Shown: piece by piece, positions 49,381 to 58,587 of the stretch | Position numbering within the stretch: position 1 is the stretch's first letter | Layout of the letters: each line of letters starts with the position of its first letter | Origin: an uncultured Candidatus Saccharibacteria bacterium | GTDB lineage: Bacteria; Patescibacteriota; Minisyncoccia; Phycocordibacterales; UBA9973 | DNA length: 64,000 nucleotides | Direction of reading: 5' to 3' | Assembly: GCA_964482735.1 (NCBI GenBank) | Contig: CAYZYV010000003.1 | Coordinates: 63,097-127,096, forward strand | Notes under the pieces: generated by a model | What the model saw: the letters and a program-made list of their open reading frames with translations, nothing else | Database searches by the model: none | Told to the model about the DNA's origin: nothing | Position numbers and translations under genes: made by a program

Positions 49381-49439
49381 CTCGAACCTGCCACCCCCTC
49401 ATTGCAAATGAGGTGCTCTACCAGATGAGCTAAGGGCCC
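49367..49439 (-). tRNA. tRNA-Ala(TGC)
   Basis: GGGCCCT/AGGGTCC acceptor with G3:U70, TGC anticodon. Confidence 0.96.
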
Positions 49440-49610
49440 ATATTCTTTTTTAATCTACTTTGCCTTTAGTTTATACTGTTGCTTCCATGAAGCGCTACAG
49501 ATGAGCTAAGGGCCTATAAAACATAATCTTGAAACACTATTATATTAACTTATTTTAAAAAAATTGCAAGTAAAATTAACTATTTTCCTTTAAAATGATA
49601 CAATGTTGCT

Positions 49611-50978
49611 ATGCCATTAAACAAAGGAAATAAAATACAAACCGTTAAGTATTCTCCTCCTCCTCCAAATCTTCCAATGCTTGGGAAGGTAGATCCTAGC
49701 CAAGCTGTTTTTATTGGAAGAACAAATTATGTAGCAGCCTTGGAAGAAAAGAGGTTTGTTTTTGGTATTAATCAAAACGATAGAAGACGTCATGTTTATA
49801 TTGTAGGTAAATCTGGGGTAGGTAAATCAAAATTAGAAGAAGTAATGATTCGTCAGGATATTGCTTATGGCAGAGGTGTATGTGTTATCGATCCGTACGG
49901 AGAATTAGTAGAAGAGATATTAAATTTTATTCCTAAAAATAGAGTAAATGATGTTTGTATCTTTAATCCTGAAGATGTTAATTTTCCTGCATCCTTTAAT
50001 CCATTTTCAAGGGTAGAACCGACATTCAGACACCAATTTACTCAAAGTATCGTAGAAATTTTACAGAAACAATTTGGAAATGATTGGAGTCCTAGAATAG
50101 AGCATGTGATTCGTTTTTCAGTATTAGCTTTGCTTGATTGTGAAAATTCAAACATGCGAGGGATGATTCGTATTTTGATTGATAAAAAATATCGAGAAAA
50201 GGTTATAGATAATATAAAAGACGACATGGTTCGTCATTTCTGGAAAGAAGAGTTTGAAGAGTGGTCTAAGAAGTTTGATTCTGAAGTAATAATTCCTATC
50301 GTGAACAAGTTGTGGCAATTTCTTTCTAACCCGATGCTTACCAACATATTTGGTCAAAAGGAAAACAAAATAGATTTTGAAAAAATAATGAATAATAAAA
50401 AAATTATTCTTGTTAACTTAGCTAAGGATAAAATCGGAGATGAAAATGCTTCATTCTTGGGTGCCTTGTTTATGACAAAAATTAGACAAGCAGGTATGTC
50501 TCGAGCAAAGTTGAATCCTTCAGAAAAGAATGATTTTTATCTTTATATTGATGAATTTAATAATATAATAACTGATGGTTTTGAAAACATTTTATCTGAG
50601 TCTAGAAAATATGGAATTAATTTAACTATTGCCCATCAATATATCGGTCAATTGTCTCAAAAAATAGAACAAGCAGTTTTAGGTAATATAGGAACTATAA
50701 TTTTGTTTAGGGTTGGGGGAGACGATGCTACCAAGTTGCGATCTGAATTCGCTCCTATTTTTGATGTTAAAGATATGATTAATTTAGGAACAGGAGAGTT
50801 TTACATTAAGATGATAATAAATGGTGAAAGTTATGACCCATTTTCATCAGAAACCTTAGAAGTTTTACCGACACCACACACATCTTTTAGAGAAGAAGTT
50901 TTAGGTTCTTCTAGAAGATTCTATGCTACCACAGAAGAAAACGCTTCTAAAATTATGGCTGAAGATGAATCTTCTTAA
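49611..50978 (+). CDS. VirD4/TraG/HerA-like P-loop ATPase
   Basis: HVYIVGKSGVGKS, IDPYG, LYIDEF, ESRKYG, AHQ. Confidence 0.88.
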   Translation: MPLNKGNKIQTVKYSPPPPNLPMLGKVDPSQAVFIGRTNYVAALEEKRFVFGINQNDRRRHVYIVGKSGVGKSKLEEVMIRQDIAYGRGVCVIDPYGELVEEILNFIPKNRVNDVCIFNPEDVNFPASFNPFSRVEPTFRHQFTQSIVEILQKQFGNDWSPRIEHVIRFSVLALLDCENSNMRGMIRILIDKKYREKVIDNIKDDMVRHFWKEEFEEWSKKFDSEVIIPIVNKLWQFLSNPMLTNIFGQKENKIDFEKIMNNKKIILVNLAKDKIGDENASFLGALFMTKIRQAGMSRAKLNPSEKNDFYLYIDEFNNIITDGFENILSESRKYGINLTIAHQYIGQLSQKIEQAVLGNIGTIILFRVGGDDATKLRSEFAPIFDVKDMINLGTGEFYIKMIINGESYDPFSSETLEVLPTPHTSFREEVLGSSRRFYATTEENASKIMAEDESS

Positions 50979-51026
50979 AATAAAGCTTTTTAGTTTGTTT
51001 TAAATAAGGTATAATAAAAGTAATTT

Positions 51027-53111
51027 ATGGATAACGAAATTCCTAATAATAAAGATATCACTTATTTTGCGAAGACTAATTTTCGTAATACAAATACTGT
51101 TTTTGGAATAAAAAGAAAAGATCGTCGTCAGCACATGTATGTCCTCGGTAAATCTGGTACCGGTAAATCTGTTTTGTTGCATAATTTAATAACTCAAAAC
51201 ATTAAAAATGGAGAGGGCGTTTGTGTAATAGATCCTCACGGAGAACTTGCTGAAGAAATACTAGAATTGATACCAGAAAATCGCATAAAAGATGTTATTT
51301 ATTTTAACCCGGCAGATCCTGATTTTCATATAGGTTTTAACGTTCTACAGATTGATGACCCTAAGCTTAAGCACTTAGTTGCTTCTGGTATTATGGGTAT
51401 TTTTACTAAAATTTGGGCAAATGCTTGGAGCTCTCGTATGGAGTACATTTTAAACAATGCTATTTTGGCCCTCTTAGATACGCCAGGAACTACACTTTTG
51501 GGGATACCTCGTCTTTTAGTCGATAAAGAGTATCGTCAAATGATTATAGGCAATCTAAAAGATCCAATTGTTAAATCTTTTTGGTTGCACGAATACGAGG
51601 AATGGAGAGACCAATTTAGAAATGAAGCGATTGCCCCTATTCAAAATAAAGTTGGACAATTTTTGTCTACTTCTATCATTAGAAATGTGGTTGGTCAATC
51701 AAAATCAACAATTGATATCTTCAAAATAATGAACGAAGGTAAAATCTTTATTGTTAATGTTTCAAAAGGAAGAATAGGGGAAGATAACTCAGCTTTGCTT
51801 GGAGGTATGATTATTACCAAGCTTCAATTGGCAGCTATGGAGAGAGTTCGTATTCCTGAAAACGAGAGAAGAGATTTCTATCTTTATGTTGATGAATTTC
51901 AGAACTTTGCTACTGAATCTTTTGCCAACATTCTTTCTGAAGCGAGAAAGTATCGTTTAAATTTAATTATTGCTCACCAATATATAGCTCAAATAGCAAA
52001 CTCTGAAGGTTCCAAAGTTTCTGATGCAGTTTTTGGTAACGTTGGAACAATGATTATTTTTAGAGTAGGAGCAGAAGATGCCCAGTTTTTGGAAAAAGAA
52101 TTTGAACCAGAATTTACAGCTCAAGACTTGGTTAGCTTACCAAATTACAATATCTATTTGAAATTAATGGTAGATGGTGTAACTAGTCGTCCTTTTTCAG
52201 CAATAACTTTACCACCAATGGTTTCTGTTGATCCTGACAATGATACTAAAGAAAGAATCATAGAGTCCTCAAGGGTCTTGTATGCACGATCACGAACCGA
52301 AGTAGAATCAGAGATAACCAAATGGAGTACCACTCTTCAGACAAACGAAGGTGAAGCTAAATATAAAGTAGAGTGTACAAACTGTAAAAAGCAAACTACT
52401 GTTCCTTTTGAACCAAAGGAAGGAAAACCCGTTTACTGCAAGGAGTGTTTAATAAAAATAAAAAGCGGGGAGTTAAAACCAGAAAAAGGATTTTTTGTAC
52501 CAAAGACCAACAATCAAGAAAATAAAGAAGCTGTAGCTTCTCTCGCTTCTTTAGGTATAGAATTCAAATCAGATATTAATCATAATAACAGAGATAATTT
52601 TTCTAGAAGACAAGAACAAAAAACAAACCCAGATCACAATCAACCAAAAAATAGTCATTCTTTTAATCCAAAAGAAAATCCAAGAAATAATAATGATTTT
52701 GAAAGAAGAAAAAGTTCTGGGCCATCACCACTTCTTCGTGGTTTGTTGGAAAAAATAAAATCAGGACAAGTTTCAGAGATAAAAGAAGAAAAAATAGATC
52801 TAGTAGAAGAGAAAGTAAAAACACCTGAACCTGTTTCTTTAGCTACTCTTAAATCAGATAATCCTAGCGATAAAAACACAATGATTTCAACTAAAGAAAT
52901 TTCAGATGCTCATTTATCGACCTTGAAAGACGCTTTAAGTAAAATCACAGACAAGCAAAACTCATTTGATAACTCAAAAAAAGAGCCAATTCAAAATAAT
53001 ACTGAAGTAAAGGCCGAAGATAATCAAAACGACACCTCTGCCCCTTCGTGGCAAAACAAAAAAACTGTCAAAGAAGTCCCCGAAGAAGTATTGAGAAAAG
53101 TTCTAGAATAA
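51027..53111 (+). CDS. VirD4/TraG/HerA-like ATPase with CxxC-x17-CxxC domain and disordered tail
   Basis: GKSGTGKS, IDPHG, LYVDEFQ, EARKY; CTNC...PFEPKEGKPVYCKEC. Confidence 0.88.
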   Translation: MDNEIPNNKDITYFAKTNFRNTNTVFGIKRKDRRQHMYVLGKSGTGKSVLLHNLITQNIKNGEGVCVIDPHGELAEEILELIPENRIKDVIYFNPADPDFHIGFNVLQIDDPKLKHLVASGIMGIFTKIWANAWSSRMEYILNNAILALLDTPGTTLLGIPRLLVDKEYRQMIIGNLKDPIVKSFWLHEYEEWRDQFRNEAIAPIQNKVGQFLSTSIIRNVVGQSKSTIDIFKIMNEGKIFIVNVSKGRIGEDNSALLGGMIITKLQLAAMERVRIPENERRDFYLYVDEFQNFATESFANILSEARKYRLNLIIAHQYIAQIANSEGSKVSDAVFGNVGTMIIFRVGAEDAQFLEKEFEPEFTAQDLVSLPNYNIYLKLMVDGVTSRPFSAITLPPMVSVDPDNDTKERIIESSRVLYARSRTEVESEITKWSTTLQTNEGEAKYKVECTNCKKQTTVPFEPKEGKPVYCKECLIKIKSGELKPEKGFFVPKTNNQENKEAVASLASLGIEFKSDINHNNRDNFSRRQEQKTNPDHNQPKNSHSFNPKENPRNNNDFERRKSSGPSPLLRGLLEKIKSGQVSEIKEEKIDLVEEKVKTPEPVSLATLKSDNPSDKNTMISTKEISDAHLSTLKDALSKITDKQNSFDNSKKEPIQNNTEVKAEDNQNDTSAPSWQNKKTVKEVPEEVLRKVLE

Positions 53112-53114
53112 TAT

Positions 53115-54545
53115 ATGGGCAAGATTATCAAAAAAACACTTTTTATTCTCCCAATAATAGTGTTTTTTGTTTTTGGAGTAAAAGAAGCTTTTGCTAAGAT
53201 AGTTATAAATGAAATACAAATAGCGCCTACCGTAGATCGTTTTGTTGAGTTATACAATGATTCTGGATCAGAAGTAGATTTGACCGGACACTATCTCCAA
53301 AGGAAGACAAATACAAGCGAAAAATATACTTCTTTTGTTACAAGTACAAAATTGGCTGGTAAGAAAATATCTGCCAATGGATTATTCTTGATATCTAAAG
53401 AATCTCTTGGGTTAGAATCTTTAACTATAACAGAAAATAATTCTATTCAACTAAAAAACAGTAAACAGGAAATTGTTTATAAAATCGGATTAGGGGATTC
53501 TGATGATTGTGGAAATATCTGCATTTCTAATCCCGAAGACGGTAAAAGTGTTCAAAGGGTGAATGATAATGAATGGATAATGGGCAGCCCGACACCGGGA
53601 GACGATAATATAAGAGAAGAGCAGGAAAATAATGGAGAAAGTGAAGAAGAAAGTTCTTCTAGTTATTCAGGAAAAAGTGAAAAAGAAAAAATAGTTTTGA
53701 ACCCTTCAATAGCTACCAAAATAATTTCCCCTAAGGTTGTAGTTGCAGGTGTCCCGTTCGTTATCAATCACAATACTATAGGTTATAAAAACGAGAAGAT
53801 TATACACGATCGTTTTGTTTGGAATTTTGGAGATGGTAATTTTAAAGAAATGGATCCATGTTTACCTTTTAGTTATACTTATCAATATCCTGGAGATTAT
53901 GTCTTAAGCCTGTCTTACTATGAGACAACTTTTAGTGAAATACCTGAGGCGACAGATAGGCTAAATATAAAAGTTATCCCTTCTGGTATAAAAATTTCTT
54001 CGATTGGAGGCATTGAAGATCCTTATGTCGAATTAGAAAACAGTTCCAGTCATGAAATGGTTTTAAACAAATGGTCCATAGTAGGAGATGGACATATATT
54101 TACAATACCTGACGGAACCACTATTTTACCAAATAAAAAAATAAAATTTTCATCAAAAACGACCGGTTTTAAATTAGAAAATTTAATGCATCTAAAAATA
54201 ATTGATACTGAGGGTACTCTATTTGCAACATACCCTAAATTTGAAAATTTTAAAATAAATAAAAATGTTTCTAATTCTAAAAATACTCAATCTCAAGAAA
54301 AAGTCATTGAAAATAAGCAGGGTGTAACTTTTGATAAAGAAGAAAAAGTCGTTAACCTCAACTCTCTTTCTTCTTCTGCTTATAACTCAAATAGACGAGA
54401 CGACAAAATAATCTTTTATTTTGGGCTATTTTTGGTGGTAGCTTTGGGTGTAATGGCTATTATAACTATCAAAAAATCGGATAATGGTAAAAACAGAGAA
54501 CTAGAAGAAGAATTAAGTGCCAAAGATTTCAAAATCACAGAATAA
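53115..54545 (+). CDS. Surface protein with lamin-tail and PKD-like domains and C-terminal TM
   Basis: Signal peptide, IVINEI...FVELYN, PTPG, WNFGDG...YQYPGDY, second YVELEN, terminal hydrophobic helix. Confidence 0.8.
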   Translation: MGKIIKKTLFILPIIVFFVFGVKEAFAKIVINEIQIAPTVDRFVELYNDSGSEVDLTGHYLQRKTNTSEKYTSFVTSTKLAGKKISANGLFLISKESLGLESLTITENNSIQLKNSKQEIVYKIGLGDSDDCGNICISNPEDGKSVQRVNDNEWIMGSPTPGDDNIREEQENNGESEEESSSSYSGKSEKEKIVLNPSIATKIISPKVVVAGVPFVINHNTIGYKNEKIIHDRFVWNFGDGNFKEMDPCLPFSYTYQYPGDYVLSLSYYETTFSEIPEATDRLNIKVIPSGIKISSIGGIEDPYVELENSSSHEMVLNKWSIVGDGHIFTIPDGTTILPNKKIKFSSKTTGFKLENLMHLKIIDTEGTLFATYPKFENFKINKNVSNSKNTQSQEKVIENKQGVTFDKEEKVVNLNSLSSSAYNSNRRDDKIIFYFGLFLVVALGVMAIITIKKSDNGKNRELEEELSAKDFKITE

Positions 54546-54581
54546 TTTGACTATTAATCGTTTTTGATATATAATATAGGT

Positions 54582-54724
54582 AAGTTAGATTAATTTAATT
54601 TTGTTGTTATAGAATCTTTTGATTCTATAACATACAATAATATAAATTTTTTAACTTTTAAGAGCACTCTTCGGAGAGCTCGCCCAATAAACGGGGGTCT
54701 GCTTTTGCAGATAGCCGTTTTTTA
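54582..54724 (+). ncRNA. Candidate ~140-nt structured small RNA
   Basis: Promoter TTGACT-17-TATAAT (54547-54575); 12-bp perfect hairpin 54605-54632; cUUCGg hairpin; terminator 54689-54724; no ORF. Confidence 0.5.
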
Positions 54725-55303
54725 TTTATGCTCAATTTTTTCTAAGGCCACTTTTATTTTCTTAAAATCTTTAATCAATGTTTCTCTCATCCCGCCATTG
54801 TATAAAGCGGCTGCTGGATGGTATAAAGGCATGAAAGCTTGTTTACCAAATTCATCTGTGTTTTTTATCAAAAGCTTTCCGTGTATTTCAGATATTTTTT
54901 CAGTAGGGAAGAAACGTGTCATAGAATGTCTTCCTAAAAACACTATTAATTTTGGAGAAATAATTTTAATTTCATTAATTAGCCACTCGTTGCACAATTC
55001 CTTTTCTTCAGGTAGTGGATCGCGGTTATTAGGCGGTCTGTATTTAACTATGTTTGTGATATAAATATCTTCTCTTTTTAATCCTATACTATTAAGCATT
55101 TCAGCTAGGAATTTACCAGCTGCTCCAACAAATGGGACACCTTGTTCATCTTCACTTTTTCCAGGTGCTTCTCCTATAAAGATAATCTGACTATCTGGAT
55201 TTCCTTTGCCAAAAACAGCCCTTGTTGCAGTTTTTCTAAGCTCACATTTACAATTCTCTTGCCAGTACTTATTTAATTCATCCAGTCTCTCTTTTTTTGA
55301 CAT
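54722..55303 (-). CDS. Uracil-DNA glycosylase family 4
   Basis: IGEAPG, PFVGAAG, NIVKYRPPNNRDP, YHPAA. Confidence 0.93.
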   Translation of the reverse strand: MSKKERLDELNKYWQENCKCELRKTATRAVFGKGNPDSQIIFIGEAPGKSEDEQGVPFVGAAGKFLAEMLNSIGLKREDIYITNIVKYRPPNNRDPLPEEKELCNEWLINEIKIISPKLIVFLGRHSMTRFFPTEKISEIHGKLLIKNTDEFGKQAFMPLYHPAAALYNGGMRETLIKDFKKIKVALEKIEHK

Positions 55304-55347
55304 AACCACATTGTAACAAAAAATTAAGAATATTGTATAATACCAAT

Positions 55348-55590
55348 ATGAAGAAAAACAAAATTATCGAATTAGTGGGGTGGTATGGTGTTGTTGCCAT
55401 CTTGGCAGCCTATATGCTATTGAGTTTTGGATTTATTGCTTCTAACAGTTTAATATACCAAATTTTAAATGGAACAGGAGCTTTGGGAATTGTTTTTGAT
55501 GCCCTAAAAGACAAAAATTATCAGCCTGCTGTGTTGAATACAATCTGGGCACTAGTTGCTATTTTTGCCTTATTTAAAATTTTAATCTAA
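55348..55590 (+). CDS. Small 3-TM membrane protein (CBU_0592-like)
   Basis: GWYGVVAILAAY...YQILN...LNTIW pattern. Confidence 0.7.
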   Translation: MKKNKIIELVGWYGVVAILAAYMLLSFGFIASNSLIYQILNGTGALGIVFDALKDKNYQPAVLNTIWALVAIFALFKILI

Positions 55591-55620
55591 AAAATAAACA
55601 GTCTAAACTGTTTGTTAATG

Positions 55621-55702
55621 TGCCGGAGAGAGGACTTGAACCTCCATCCCTTTCGAGACGCGATTTTGAGTCGCGCGCGTATACCAATTCCGCCACTCCG
55701 GC
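55621..55702 (-). tRNA. tRNA-Leu(CAA)
   Basis: GCCGGAG acceptor, GGCGGAATTGGTATACGC, CAA anticodon, long variable arm. Confidence 0.96.
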
Positions 55703-55784
55703 ATGAGTAAGACTAGTATACCAAATTATCATAAAAAATCCAGGATATTGCATTTTTAACCATTTTATAGTAGTATAACCGTAT

Positions 55785-55943
55785 ATGTCACAAGATAGAC
55801 TTTTCAAATTAGCCTGTACTGAGTGCAAACGCATTAATTACTGGTCAAGCAAGAACAAAAAACTCGTCACTAAAAAGATTGAGCTTAATAAGTATTGCAA
55901 GTGGTGTAAGAAAAATACAAAACATAAAGAAGCTAAAAAATAA
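55785..55943 (+). CDS. rpmG: 50S ribosomal protein L33 (not in ORF track)
   Basis: Manual translation [52 protein letters not shown]. Confidence 0.95.
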   Translation: MSQDRLFKLACTECKRINYWSSKNKKLVTKKIELNKYCKWCKKNTKHKEAKK

Positions 55944-55970
55944 AACCCCAAATTGGGGTTTTATTTTTTT
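55935..55970. terminator. Terminator after rpmG
   Basis: aaaaaataaaacccca-aat-tggggttttatttttt. Confidence 0.8.
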
Positions 55971-55981
55971 AGCTATTTTAC

Positions 55982-56785
55982 CTGCGGGCGATGGAGGACC
56001 GTGATTACACTTATCGCCTATTACATAGGCAGGTACTTTTCCACCTCTCTTCACTCGTACGGAAAAGTCTTTCGATTCCTCCACGCACATGAAGCAATTC
56101 ATGTGCTATCGCCCAATATTAAAAACAGCTTACGCTGTTTTTAATCTGCGGAGACACTCGTGTTAGAACCTTTCACTGACAAGCCCTGTAACGTTATTTC
56201 TAATAATTTTATTATATCAAATTGACGTACCTTGTGCGATCTTATTTTATTCAATAAAATTTAATATTTTTTCTGGAGACGAAACATTATTATCTACAAA
56301 ATCGTTAATTTTTTGCCAATCCTTAAACAAAAATTTGTTAGGATTTTGAGTTTCGATTTTTAGTGGAATTTCAATATAAGAATCTGCTTGTATTTCTCTA
56401 GGGACTATATAGTTACCTTTTTCTATATCCATATCTTTAGTATTTTCTAAAATTGAAGCATCATAATTTTTCAAATCAGCTAATGGTATTCTAATTGTAA
56501 TTATTGAACCATTTGTTGATCTTGTTTTAATGTAATTCTTTAAATCTTGTATATTATCAGTAAACCAATTTCCTATAATTTCTTTTTTTGAGACTACATT
56601 TTCACGTTTTTCATCATATTCAGTATTCGGGGTATCATAACGATATAAAGAAGTATACTCATTATTATGATAGAGTTGTTTTAATTTTTCTTTTCTTTCA
56701 AATTTATTATTTAACTGTAGGTTTTCTAATGACATATTAATTATCTAATATCTTGTGCTATCACGACTCTGCGGGCGATGGAGGA
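55982..56785 (-). mobile_element. ~0.8-kb mini-island at the tRNA-Trp 3' end, with no integrase
   Basis: 17-bp direct repeat ctgcgggcgatggagga at 55982 and 56769 (tRNA 3' end) enclosing one AT-rich ORF and hairpins. Confidence 0.7.
56247..56735 (-). CDS. Hypothetical protein (island cargo)
   Basis: 162-aa very AT-rich ORF; LYR...GNWFT motifs, no confident family. Confidence 0.7.
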   Translation of the reverse strand: MSLENLQLNNKFERKEKLKQLYHNNEYTSLYRYDTPNTEYDEKRENVVSKKEIIGNWFTDNIQDLKNYIKTRSTNGSIITIRIPLADLKNYDASILENTKDMDIEKGNYIVPREIQADSYIEIPLKIETQNPNKFLFKDWQKINDFVDNNVSSPEKILNFIE

Positions 56786-56842
56786 ATCGAACCCCCGCCA
56801 AAAGTTTTGGAGACTTTTGTTCTACCACTAAACTAATCGCCC
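56772..56842 (-). tRNA. tRNA-Trp(CCA)
   Basis: GGGCGAT/ATCGCCC acceptor, CCA anticodon, GTTCGATT T-loop. Confidence 0.95.
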
Positions 56843-56867
56843 TTGAATTGCAGTATACTATAAAAAT

Positions 56868-57779
56868 CTATTTTTTCAAAAAGGTTACAATTTCTTTCTC
56901 AGCTCTCTTCAAGTCTGTCTTTTTGGTGGGATTTATCCAGATAGTGTCTTTATCTCTCTTAAACCAAGTATTTTGTCTTTTTGCGAAATGCCATATTTGA
57001 GAAAACAGTTTTTCTACCATTTCTTCTTTACTGATTTTTCCTTGTAAATAAAAAGCTGAATATCTGTATTCGAGTCCAAAGGATTCCATTTTTTTCCAAG
57101 AAACCCCTTCTTTGTGTAGTCTTTCCATTTCTTTTAACATACCCATTTTAATCCTTCTAATGAGCCTTATATAAATTCTTTCTTTTAATTTTTCACTAGG
57201 GAAGCCCAGTCCAATTTTTATTATGTTAAAAGAACTTTCGCTGATACATGGTTTAGGAACTTTCCCAAGTATTTTTGCGATTTCAATAGCTCTAATGACT
57301 CTCACTCTGTTGTTCTTGTCGATGTTATGAGCTCTCTCCTTGTCGAGTTTTAATAGATATTTAAATAAATAATCCGTTGTCTTTGAATTAAGTTGTTCTC
57401 TTAGTTTTTTGTTAGGGGGAACTTCAGGGAATGACGTCCCGTTAATTATAGAGTCTATGTAATATCCTGTACCCCCACAAATTATTGGAATTTTTCCATT
57501 GCTTAAAATATCTTTTATTTTTTTACTAGCCAACTTTTGATAGTCACTAACAGAAAAAGTTTTATTTTTTGGCGAAATTATATCAAGTATATAGTGGGGA
57601 ATACCTCGCATTTCTTTTTTTGTTATTTTCCCAGTGCCTAAATCCATTCCTTTGTACACTTGCCTAGAATCCGCAGAGATAATCTCTCCATTAAACTTCT
57701 TAGCTACATCCACGGCAAAATCACTTTTGCCAGTGGCTGTTTGTCCAAGTATTATGATGATTTTTGGTTTCTTTTCCAT
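56868..57779 (-). CDS. miaA: tRNA dimethylallyltransferase
   Basis: GQTATGKS, ISADSRQVYKGMDLGTGK, GGTGYY, AKRQNTWF. Confidence 0.96.
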   Translation of the reverse strand: MEKKPKIIIILGQTATGKSDFAVDVAKKFNGEIISADSRQVYKGMDLGTGKITKKEMRGIPHYILDIISPKNKTFSVSDYQKLASKKIKDILSNGKIPIICGGTGYYIDSIINGTSFPEVPPNKKLREQLNSKTTDYLFKYLLKLDKERAHNIDKNNRVRVIRAIEIAKILGKVPKPCISESSFNIIKIGLGFPSEKLKERIYIRLIRRIKMGMLKEMERLHKEGVSWKKMESFGLEYRYSAFYLQGKISKEEMVEKLFSQIWHFAKRQNTWFKRDKDTIWINPTKKTDLKRAEKEIVTFLKK

Positions 57780-57826
57780 GTCATTATATATTCGCATAAA
57801 AAAGACTTTTTTGCTATAATACAAAC

Positions 57827-58519
57827 ATGAAAACACCATTCGTTTTCTTGTCTGGTTTAGTAGTCTTATTGGCAATTATTATTATATACGATAACCCAAT
57901 AACGGGTAGAGAAAAGGGGCAAATTAAACCTTTTATAGATAAAGAGACAACTATTATAGGGGATTTTGTTGAATTAGATTTTTCACAATCTGATTTTGTG
58001 GTTCGCACCGAGAACGGAAAACTTTATCAAATAACAGGAGATAAATTACAAGAAATTATAACCCTTAATAATGTTCAGAGTATTAACAAGATAGAAGTTA
58101 CAGGAAAGTTATTTAGTCGGAAGGTGACAACCTTTGGTGCTAGAGACTCTGCTGAATTTATGATAGATGCAACCTCATACAAAATTCTTGGTTATAAAAA
58201 CAATAAAATCGAAGAACCGTTTGTGCCCAAAATAGTTACAGTACAGGGTTCCCTTATTAGATTACAGCACCCTTTTTGTTGTTTTTCTATTAGACTTGAA
58301 GACGATGGAGATTATGAGATGGAGGAGTATTTATTAGAGGGTGATAAGATACAAGGAATTCTTCTCTCCCTTGATTCTTTTGATAGTATAGATGAAATAA
58401 AAGTTACAGGGTTGTTATCTGAAGAAAAAAGAAGAATTCCTGAGGCTGGTGGTTTTGCTGATTGGAAAACAAAAGTAATTAACGTAACTTCTTTTGAAAT
58501 TATCAGTTATAAAGAATAA
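57827..58519 (+). CDS. Exported hypothetical protein with two tandem beta-rich repeats
   Basis: N-terminal TM; GDKLQ...IEVTG...ATSYKI recurs as GDKIQ...IKVTG...VTSFEI. Confidence 0.7.
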   Translation: MKTPFVFLSGLVVLLAIIIIYDNPITGREKGQIKPFIDKETTIIGDFVELDFSQSDFVVRTENGKLYQITGDKLQEIITLNNVQSINKIEVTGKLFSRKVTTFGARDSAEFMIDATSYKILGYKNNKIEEPFVPKIVTVQGSLIRLQHPFCCFSIRLEDDGDYEMEEYLLEGDKIQGILLSLDSFDSIDEIKVTGLLSEEKRRIPEAGGFADWKTKVINVTSFEIISYKE

Positions 58520-58587
58520 AGTTGGTTTTAGTTTTACAAAATAACAACATTCTTATACAAAAAATACTATAAGAATTTTTATACATT

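Noticed and set aside
49215-49433. 72-aa ORF on the + strand
   Set aside because: Overlaps tRNA-Ala antisense and the hairpin units; spurious
55574-56144. ORFs 55574-55834, 55845-56102 and 55953-56144
   Set aside because: They overlap tRNA-Leu, rpmG and hairpin repeats, with no protein-like motifs
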